In this document: in pieces, positions 54,406 to 64,000 of the stretch
Layout of the letters: each line of letters begins with the position of its first letter
How positions within the stretch are numbered: position 1 is the stretch's first letter
Source: Curvularia clavata
Taxonomy: Eukaryota
Direction: 5' to 3'
Assembly (NCBI GenBank): GCA_023920165.1
Contig: CP089275.1
Location: 5,394,001-5,458,000 of the forward strand
Length of the DNA: 64,000 nt
Notes under the pieces: model-generated
Seen by the model: the letters and a program-made list of their open reading frames with translations, nothing else
What the model was told of the DNA's origin: nothing
The model's database searches: none
Made by a program: the position numbers and the translations under genes

Positions 54406-56491
54406 TTAAGCCGTCTCTCTCCCAATCCCTGCTTTATACCTCGCCAAACACCTCTCTCTGGCAAACTTGTGTTCAACGATTGGTTCAGGATATCCATTCT
54501 TCTTCGCAATCTTTGCCGCGTCGCCTTTCGCCTGGTACGGATTATGTATCGCGGCACCCTGGATGCCTTCTAATTCCTTCACCCACAGCTTGATAAATTC
54601 GCCTTGCTCGTCAAATTTCTCGGACTGTGTCCAAGGATTAAAGATGCGGAAGTAGGGCTGAGGATCCACGCCTGTTGAGGCGCTGAAGCCCCAGCCGCCG
54701 TTGTTGGAAGCAAAGTCACCGTCGACAAGATGTGTGATGAAGTATTGTTCACCCAGGCGCCAATCGAGTAGAAGATGTTTGGCCAGGAAGGACGCGGTTA
54801 TCATGCGAAGCCGATTGTGCATGTAGCCGGTGTGGTTGAGACAGCGCATTGCGGCGTCCACAATGGGATAGCCGGTGCGACCTTGGGTCCAGGCCTCGAA
54901 GTGAGCGTCGTTGTATTCCCATTCGATGTTTGTATACTCATATTTGAAGGGCTTGTTCATGCTGAATACTGTTAGTATTTGAGAAATGAAGACAAGGTGG
55001 GACAACATGCCATACGTAAGGCCAGTGGACAAGAACATGCCTGTAAAAGTCACGCCAAGCCACCTCTCCAATCCACCCTTTAATGCCCTCGCTGCCTCCG
55101 TCGAGCTTCTTCACACTGTTCACATCTCTTGCCATACGTACACTGGTTCGAGCGGCCAACGTGCCAGCTGCATGATGCACGCTGATTCGACCAGTACTGT
55201 TCAGAGCAGGAAAGTTGCGTGTGTCTTTATATTTGCGGATCTTCTCGGTGAGGAAGCGTTCCAGTCGATCAATAGCCGCCATTTCACCGGCCGGCCACAG
55301 ATGGTGAAAACGTTCTTTTTCTTCGGTCGTTAGGGATTTGCACTCTGGTAGATCGGGGACATGAGAGTCGAAGAGCTTGGCGAACTTCTCACGAAAACCA
55401 GTGGAGTTCTTATCAGGTATTGGACGCTCATTGAGAAGATGTGGGTGTGCGTGGAGATGAGCAATCCAGGCGCGATACCAAGGGGTGTATACTGCGTATT
55501 GCCTTCCCGAACCCGTCTTGAGACTTCCAGGTGGTACAACACAATCATCATGCTGTGGATCCAGGTTGATGCCTTTTTCCAGCATCATGTGTACCAGCCG
55601 TTCCTCCCGACGCAGCTCATCCGGCTCATACTCAAGATTACAGAAGACGTTCTTCACGTTCCAGTCAAGAGCCAGTTCGACCAGGCGCTTCTTCACATTC
55701 TTCCTCTCAGGTATCGTCTCGATATGCAGTGGGATATTGAGCTCTTCCAGTTCCTGCTTAAGCAGTTGTACCGAACGAAGCTCAAAATCACACTTGGGAG
55801 GGCTCACAAGATGGGCTTCCCAGTCTTGCGGACTCATTATCCAGACACCAATCATACCTACTCCTTTCTCTTTTGCGAGATCCGCGGCTTTTGAAAGGCC
55901 TGTATTATCACGTATACGCAAGTCACGCTTGAACCAATGCACGACTGCATCGCCATGGCCGCCCACTTTTCCGCCCCGGATCTCCTCTCTCTTCTGCTTT
56001 GTGTCTTTCAGCGTCTTCTCCAAGATTCCGATTGGCCGTGGTATCTCATTGTCGTTATACATGGCACATCGTTCATTGCTCATTTCTGCTGGGTAGTAAC
56101 GCCGATCGACTATGCCAGCTCGTTCTTCCGGTCTGGAATGATCAAAGCTTGCTTCATGATTCTGTGCAGCGTTTCCTGGCGCGCCATTGTCAATGTTCCT
56201 TGCAGTTGTGTCTACTGATGGGGCGTCGCGTGTAAAGGCTTTGTCAACAGGTTTGGCTATGCGCGAGCGCTTGTTGGGTGCACTACCGGACGCATCAGTA
56301 TAGTTATTCGCAGATGCAGCATTCGGTGGAATGCCATTCGCTTTGCGCTTCGGAGGCATTGCAGCGGTTTGTTCCCCTAAGAGTGTGTGGAAAGTCGCGA
56401 TAATGCGGAGCACAAGCGGCTGAGGTGCGTGTTGGGAGCTAGGAAGCACAAGTATGGGATTTGATAGCCTGGAGAGAGCAGAATGGCGCAT
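54406..56491 (-). CDS. PHR1: Class I CPD DNA photolyase; GC-AG intron 54962-55010
   Basis: VHWFKRDLRIRDNTGL, EVAWRDFYRH, WPYVC|MNKPFK, AWTQGRTGYPIVDAAMR, YMHNRLRMITASFL, DGDFASNNGGWG and PYFRIFNP. Alternative starts at 56491 and 56359 (MPPKRK). Confidence 0.96.
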
Positions 56492-56606
56492 GCGCAGTTA
56501 GCTAACCTGGAGACGATGGCGAGAGACGAACGTCTAGACAGAGGAAAATGAAAGTTGCCATGTCGTGTTCCCCCTACGCGTTTCTCTCTCGCGTTGGTTT
56601 AGCACC

Positions 56607-56867
56607 GATCAATGACGCAGATGGTCCCTGAAACTTTGGAGTCGAGATCGGCTGGCCAGATTAGCGAGACCAGCCCCTGTCAACGTCCCTGCGATTCAAC
56701 GGGCGCGCAGATGCCGCGATCCGGACGCGCTCTCCAGCGACTGCCAGATACTCTACCAAGATTTTACATTGCATCCAAGGTTGGTCAAACAGTATTTTGG
56801 AATATCTCGTGGAAAAGATAGAAGTCGGCGGATCTGGGTGGATCTGGGCGGAGTGTTTGCATCGATC
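56607..56867. promoter_or_regulatory. GATC-rich cluster upstream of the photolyase, possible light-response element
   Basis: Six GATC motifs (56607, 56646, 56718, 56831, 56841, 56864), including GATGCCGCGATC and a GGATCTGGG direct repeat. Confidence 0.45.
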
Positions 56868-58914
56868 TAGAGTTGGTGTTCTCTTCCTGGATTCATTGTT
56901 TCCGACCCCAAATCTGTTCCCGTGGGCTTCGGTTGTGAAAGACTGCATCCCCGGCTTATGTACGAGGCGCACTTGTAAGCGACAATAAAATCCCGGTAAT
57001 GTGATGGTGACGCGGTTCCGATATTCTGGGCATGTATCATGGCATGTGATGTCTGTTTTGAGCGACTGGCAGGCACTTGGCATCAACGTGAGTGTGCGGG
57101 AGTAAAGTTGGATCAGCTGCTCTTGCTGCATCTTTTGTCTTTTGGGGGGCGGTTAGGCATCGTACGTAATCGGTCTAAGCAAAAGTAGGCAGCTTTTGGG
57201 GTTTTGAAGCAGTAGAAAGAGGATAATCTTTGGTAAGAGAGAGGGTCTAGGACCGATGAGGGGGACGGGAGAGAAGGGCTCAGCAGCGCGCCTACATCAG
57301 ATGCCGAGGAGAGACAAGAGGTCTGAGGCGCTCTTTGGGCTAGAAGATATTGATATCACCAGCATGACGGCATCACAAGCGGCATAAAGCGTTGTGCAAT
57401 TGGAAGGATCAGGATGCGGCCGTTGTCGAAGGCTTTGGTGGCGTCATAATTAGGCCCGGCCAGCACTGCCATTGGCCCCCGGCACGCGGGTAGCTTAGGG
57501 CAAGGCAGACATGATTGGGATCCTGGAAGCCGTGTCGCAGTGCCCATGTAAATTATTATTTTTGTCGCTGAGATAAGATGCCGATGGCTGTTCTCCCTGG
57601 CCATTTGGTCAAGCCCCAGGAGGGCGGGCGACGTTGCGATTGGCCGTTGGGAATCACCAATGGCAGCCCAGCATCGGTAGCGACGTTGACATTGGGGGCG
57701 AAAGTGCTGACTCACGGCGTGTGATGAGTAGAGCAAGGGCGGCAAGTGTATGGCGATGCTGCTGTGGCTGTTGTCGTCGGTGATGATGGTATTCGTGATG
57801 GTGTTGAGGAGACGACGAGAGTTGGCCGTGGACAGGCACGAGCCGCGTGAAGCGAGCGTTTCTGAAGCGGGGCTAGCGAGTTCCCAAGGCAGTAGCAGGA
57901 GACACGAGACGGCTAACCTCCAGGCAATCATCAGGCACACCATACAACACGACACCACACTGCCAGACGGGCGCAAATACTTGCAACCCGACTTGGTTTG
58001 CAACAACTGTTCGCATCGCAACTCTTTGCAAGTCCGGCTCCTCTACCGTCGTTAGTGTGGCAAGGCATGGTAAGCCCCGATGCTCGGCCCTTACAAGGCG
58101 CCCAACTAACAGGAATGGCATGCGACCAGTCAAACACCAACTTCGAAGCCGTCTGATGTCCTCGCACAGCCACGGTACTGCAGCTTCGCCCACCTTGCGA
58201 CTTGTTTGGAAACATCGAACATAACCCGCACGTGTCGGCACAGCATGGCTCGCCTAATGTACCTATCCCAGTCTCACACTCCAGGCCCGAGTGGTGGCCT
58301 CGCACCTCAATACCAGCCCGGGCAATCACAACAAACCTGTACCAAAGCTTAACTTGAGCCTCCCTCAGGCATCCCACTGACTAGACTGCCGCCGTTCCAA
58401 TGGTTTCTCACCATCCTTCTCGCTACGGGCAAGGGCCGCCCCAAAGATAGCCCCGACACATGAACTACCACGTTCTGGCCGAGCATCCCACCACGCCCTT
58501 AGCGCATTTTTCATCGTGGGAAACGGCCTCCGCCTACTCGTGGACCTGCATTAGGGAAGGATCATGGGGCCGAAGGGGGACATCATGATGCTGCTGCGAA
58601 GGCAGTGACTCGCAAAAGTAAACAGGCAGAATCGCACTAAGGAATTGCACACCTGTCTGCTGAGATGAGAGGCCTCATGGTGTATATAAGACTTGAGACG
58701 GCAAGTCTCATCCATCACAACAACAATGGCCAACGTGGATATTGCCCGATCCTCTGTGCCCACCGTGGCGTCCTTTCAACTGCCCTCTTCGCTCGCCCAT
58801 CAGCAGCCTTTAATCATCTCTCACGCCCTGTCCGTGGTTGAAACCTGCTCCCTGTTGTTTCAGCTCTACGACTTGACCTACCAGTCCCTCTGCCATATTC
58901 AAGCCTCATCCGCC

Positions 58915-59938
58915 ATGTCTTCAAGGTCCAGTCTTAGTTCAAGTCCGCCAAATTCGGGCGTCCCACACAACATCCGTCAGAGAGCGCCACCACAGCCAGA
59001 CCCAGAACCTGCAGCACCACCGTATGTATACGCCAACCTTTTTCTCTTATTTTGTCAAAACACGTCACATTTCAGCTTCAGCAATTTTTCAGGCATACTG
59101 ACATTATCCAAATAGTATCATTATTCTTGCCCAAAGCGGGAATAAACCGTCAGTGAAGCCTAGGCCCCAATTTCAGGTACCGGCCCCTGCCGAACAGGGT
59201 CTGGGGCCTCGCCAGCCTACGTCATCCCTGTCGTATGTCTACCCTTGCCCAATACACGTCGCACAGCGTATCAATCTTGCTTTCTCTCCTCGTTCTTCCG
59301 CCTTCTCCGCCTCTGACTCTGACTCTGACTCCTGTTTCTCACACTTCCACAGTCAGCGACAGACTTCACGTTACAACCTCAGAAGCCGCCCCAGCGAACC
59401 AACCTTTGTCAGCGCCCCGAACAAGCCCACACCCCAACCCGAACCCCATCCCGCTCCTCCGTAAGTCACATGTCCCCGCTCGAATCAAGTTTTGGTGTGG
59501 CACACGACATTCTCGTGCTTCACTCAAGCGCCTCTCAACTTTTGGCCGCTTGCATTGTACATTTTTCTGACAGCCAGTCGTAGTGTTATCATCCTCTCCA
59601 ACGAACAACCACAGCCTCGACTACCACAACAACCAGGACAACCACATCCATCTAATCCTGCCACACCCTTACCCCAAACACCCACGCCTCAACCGTCCAC
59701 ACCTCACAATCCCCTTAAACGCACACACAGCACAATGGGCTCCAAAGTCAGCAAAGTGCGCGAGCGAGCCCACGATGGTAAACTCCAGCCTTCGCAAGAG
59801 CAGCTGGACAAGGAGCAAATGAAGGAGCCCAGCAACTATTACACGCACCGTAGCAAGAGCATGCGCAGAAAAGCCGGAAAGAGCGGCGATGCAGGCGGTA
59901 GCGGCGCCACTGCGGGTGCTGGTTCAGGTGGCCTCTAG
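58915..59938 (+). CDS. Pro/Ser/Gln-rich low-complexity hypothetical protein (~270 aa); introns 59022-59115 and 59461-59577
   Basis: GCCATG start; two canonical phase-2 introns join ORFs 58693-59115, 59153-59464 and 59492-59938 in frame. Confidence 0.55.
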
Positions 59939-60585
59939 GTGTAGCAAGCACTTTGTTGGGGAAGCGCGCCCAACAGTCATGGGCTGCAGGCGGTGTGTGC
60001 AGATTCGTGATCCCGAACAATACGGGTATGGTGTACTGGCCAAACGGACCGAGTTTCAACCGCTGAACATCGGGAGATTGCCACGACGACGCAGTAGGAG
60101 GGAACGACCATTTTTTCTTGTATTTAAACGTTTATAGAGGCATGGCTTGGAGTTGATTGGGTTTCCTTTTCTATCACGGTAGAGCATACGATTGGGTATG
60201 ACGTTGCGTCGCATTAGCCTTTTTGTTTCCTTTTTTTTCCGGCCTTCTTGGATGGATCATGGGGATGATATTGAATAACTAATATAGTTCTTTCTCTATG
60301 AATGCTTTGTGCAACTGGGAAACTCATTCGGCGCTTTTTTTCTTCTCTCTTCTCCTTTCCTCTTCCATTAAACTATCAATCACTCTTATCTAGCGCAAAG
60401 ACAGCAGAGCCTACGTAAGCAATCTCACGCACAAATCACCGAGAGACGAATGCAGTAACGTCAAGATCACATGCCAAGTTTTACTTCTTAGGGAATTCTA
60501 TTACATTATTTCATCCCGTCTTTTCTCATAAAAAGACATTCATATCATCTACAAGCCCCCAAAAAAACAAAAAAAACAGCTTCAT

Positions 60586-63500
60586 CTACCTATGCATAGT
60601 AGCATTGCTACCGCCAACACGATAGCTCTCAGGTGGGCCGTTATGACTCTTCACAACACCGCCCAAATCAAGCACCACCTTCTGCAACACCACATTCGCC
60701 TCTACCAGCCACAGCTTAAGCGTGTGCTTGCCAGGTGCTAGCGCCCCGTGGTTCGTTGTGTTGTACCACGCGCTGTCCGCAACCGCAGTACCCCAATTGA
60801 CTGGGAAATTCGGCTGAGGCTGGTCGATAACGTACTGGCGTCTTACCTGGGGCTTGTCGTCGACTTGAGCAATATAAGCAAGAGGTTTCTTGGGGTTGAT
60901 GTTGTGTGTGGGTGTGAGGATGAGCGTCACGTTAAGTCCCTTTTCCTTGGGCAGGGAAGTAAAAGTAACAAAGTCGTATTCCAGGCTCGGTGCGCTCGAG
61001 GCGTCGAGGCCCTCGGCGAGGTTGTCGGCGAGCTTGACGGCGGAGAGCGTGCGGCCGTATTTAGGGAGGACCCTGTAGGAGAGGTTGGCGGAGCCTGGGG
61101 TAGAGCGCGTGTAGTGTGCGGCTTCGAAGGCGAGTTGGCCGGCGGACTCGACAAAGCCAGAGGTGAAGTCTGAAGGGATGGAGGTCTTGTTGACCATGAA
61201 AGTGACTTTGGGTTTTCCGCCGGCTGTGCCGAAGTCCGTGGAGGAGCTGAAGTTTAGGGTGCTCTGGGCGCCGAAGCCGTCGCTGACTTTGCTCCAGTCG
61301 ACATCGACGTAGACGCGCACATCGGGGTCGTTGGGCTTCATGGTTCCCTTGGACTGGGAAAGCGTGATAAAGGGATCGGCGCTGATGTTCCATGAGTACT
61401 CCTCAGTGCCGCGGTGAGAGATTTCAAGCCAGCGCTTAGGGGTGAATGGAGTCATGTTTTGTAGGGTCAGAGAGTTGCCGCTGTTGCCGTGGTACATGTC
61501 GTCACCAGGGATAGAAGCGTTGGAGCCCTCGACGTGGATGCCCATGTCGCCGGCGAGCGAGCGCTCCCATACCTGCACCCACCGAAGGTCTGGTGTAGAT
61601 TGGCGCATTGGCTGTTGCCTGTGAAACGGTTAGTATTGTCCGGCTTAAATTCTCTAATGAGAGCGTTGATATCTTACCAGTAACCTTGGTATCCCAAATG
61701 GGTCTGGTCCATCATGTGGTTCCACTTTCCGTTCAGCATGGTGTGGTACATCTTCGTCAGATTGTGGTCCTTCATCATGCCATCGATTACTCGTTGCATC
61801 CAAACATTGGCGCTGTTGCGACCTTGTTGCGCGTAGATGATGTTCCTGGCTCCAGCGATCTGAATTGCGACATGGTTGCCGCCAGCAAGCACGCGGTTGA
61901 GAACAATTTGGTAGAAAGCAGGACGTTGCTCGGCGGGAAGAGCATCGTTGATTGCATTTGCCTTCTCCGCAATAGCCGTCCAGCGAGCCAGAATGTGGTC
62001 AGCCTCCTCATAGTTGAGGACGCTGAAGGACGAAGGCTCAACCCACTCAAACTTGCGCATGTTGGAGAGCGTGCCGTATTCGTCCAGGATGTCTGAGATG
62101 TCCTGAGCGTACTCAGAGCCAAAGTTGCGGGCGGCGAAGCCGGCGAGCCACTCGGGAACAGAGGTCTCGTCGTAAGCGTCGATATCGTAGGCAATATCGA
62201 ACCAGTGGCTAATGGCGATTTCGGCAGGCTTAATGTCTCCAACGTTGACGATCCAGATGCGGTCTGCGTCGCGGTCCTTTGCCAGTCTCATCTGGTCGTA
62301 GGTCTTTTGCAGCTGAATAGTGTCCTGCCACTTGTAGTTACGCGAGTCACCGACATAGTCGAAGTGGTAGTAAACACCGGCACCACCCGATCGCTTCTTC
62401 TCGTCGCCAACTGGGAGGCGGCGGATGTTTTGCCAGTTATCTTCTGTCCAGAGGAGAGTGACCCAGTCAGGAACCTTCATTCCAGCCTCGAAGTAGTCCT
62501 GAACCTCCTTGTACAAGCACCACATCTGGGGAACTTCGGATGCATTGCCATGAACCTTGGTGAGAATGTCCTGCTGCGCTTCCACAACAGCCTCAAGCAC
62601 TCCGGTTTGTACATCCGCAGACATGGCCGTGTCGTGGTATCCACGCATACCGACTGTAACGACGTTCTCATAGGGAGCCGCACGCTTGGCACCTTCCATA
62701 AAGTAGTCGTAGAGAGTAGCGTTGTTGGTCGCCCATGACCAACCGGATTCAGCGCCCTTAGCCACCTTGCTCCATTCCTGTGTAGCGCGGACCATGGGCT
62801 CAGTGTGCGATGTTCCCATTACGATGCCATACTCGTCAGCCAGGGGCTGATTGCGCGGGTCGTCGACATTGAACATGCCGTTCCACATGGCTGGCCATAG
62901 ATAATTGGCCTTTGACCTGAGCAGCAGCTCAAAGACTTTAGAATAGAACTGTGCTCCAAAGGGCGCGCCATATGGAGAAATAGGGTAGCGGTCGTTGGCC
63001 CAGCCGGTCAGAGCTGGTGCCTCGTCGTTGATGAAGAAACCGCGGTACTTGACAGAAGGACTTTTCTGGACCTTGGTCGTCTTGAGCAGGTAAATAGAGT
63101 TGGCTTTTTTGGCTGGCACGTCGGCGAACCAGTGCCATGGCGAGACACCGATTTGCTCAGAAACATCGTAGATTCCGTAAATGGCACCGCGTCGATCACT
63201 ACCTAGGAGGAAATTAGCATTCGAAGCGATCAGCAATTCCGGCAGACATACCAGCAATTACAAGCGCTTCACCGCTCATGTTACCAGCGTTCTGTACAAC
63301 AGCGCTGACATACGCCTCCCATTGGCCTTCAATCTCACTGACATCGAGCTGACCACTGGCGATTAAGCCATCGATGAGACTCGAGTTGCCAATGGTGCCA
63401 ACGATGATGGTACCCTTGGAGGAAGAGTTTGCCGCCTTGCTGCCATCAACGCTCCAGTCCGCATTGACGCCTGTGACATTGAAGATCATGGAAGCATTTG

Positions 63501-63774
63501 CCTTTGCGGTACCAGAAGCCGTCAGTGTACCGTTTGTACCGGTAACACGGCCAAAGTCGATGGCGAGATCATGTGCGGCACGCAGAACACCGGGCCAGTC
63601 TGCTGCATCTGCGTGAATGCTCACGGGGGAGCCACGAGACGCAAGGAGAGTCGTTCCATTGCCGTTGGAGGTGGAGACGGTGGGCTTGCGGAAAGGTTCC
63701 ACCGCAGAGGCAGAGCCAGCAAAAGCGACTGACAGCGACAAAGCGCCAAGTACAGTGCGGGAGAGGAGCTCCAT
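60586..63774 (-). CDS. Secreted GH115 xylan alpha-glucuronidase; introns 63203-63251 and 61619-61677
   Basis: Signal peptide; LVIAG|SDRRGAIYGIY...IGVSPW, PSVKYRGFFINDEAP, ANYLWPAMW, MGTSHTEPM, GAGVYYHFDYVG, IWIVNVGDIKP and GKWNHMMDQTH. Confidence 0.95.
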
Positions 63775-64000
63775 GGTGCTTGGTCAGTAGTCGAGCAACG
63801 TCCTGAACAAAGCCATAAAAGACGTGGAGATACCCTGCTTTTGAATGGTTTCCCCAGACCACAGTCTCGTGATATGCACGACTACTCCATTGCCCGCAAT
63901 CTCCACCAACTATCCCATTGCTAACTAGTCGTAGTGCATGTGGCAAATTACATTTTGACTCTATACCTAGACCGACAAACTTGGGCTTGCAGCAAATTCA

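Noticed and set aside
48029..56491. SLX4 and photolyase as a DNA-repair gene cluster
   Set aside because: Two genes separated by an unrelated transcription factor, with no shared regulatory evidence; proximity is plausibly chance.
57356..58377. Overlapping ORFs on both strands upstream of the photolyase
   Set aside because: No domain and no consistent spliced CDS; at most a non-coding or leader transcript (possible minus-strand intron ~57597-57715).

Overview
Intron-containing, gene-dense DNA from a filamentous ascomycete, most likely a Dothideomycete/Pleosporales (inferred from intron signals, gene style and RIP-like damage; not confirmed). The conserved core carries two Zn2Cys6 transcription factors, tRNA-Ser(AGA), SSU72, an NBP2-like SH3 adaptor, an alpha/beta-hydrolase fused to a DUSP11/RNA-triphosphatase-like domain, a dihydroxy-acid dehydratase (ILV3 family, 8-nt microexon), RPS19 (5-nt microexon), a GH93 arabinanase, an AA9 LPMO, an M28 glutamate carboxypeptidase, SLX4, a CPD photolyase (GC-AG intron) and a GH115 glucuronidase. 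Two accessory tracts interrupt it. The first (~27.7-35.6 kb) looks like an allorecognition/immune island: an NLR-type TPR relic, an intact HET-ankyrin gene with near-identical 102-bp repeats, a RIP-damaged impala-like Tc1/mariner element, a RING-like orphan, a small Cys-rich gene and a kinase pseudogene. The second (~38.6-47.9 kb) is ORF-poor but rich in splice signals and holds a candidate box C/D RNA with a diverged tandem copy. A Kex2-type, 8-Cys secreted effector candidate lies beside the tRNA. All gene models were spliced by eye and no database searches were run.
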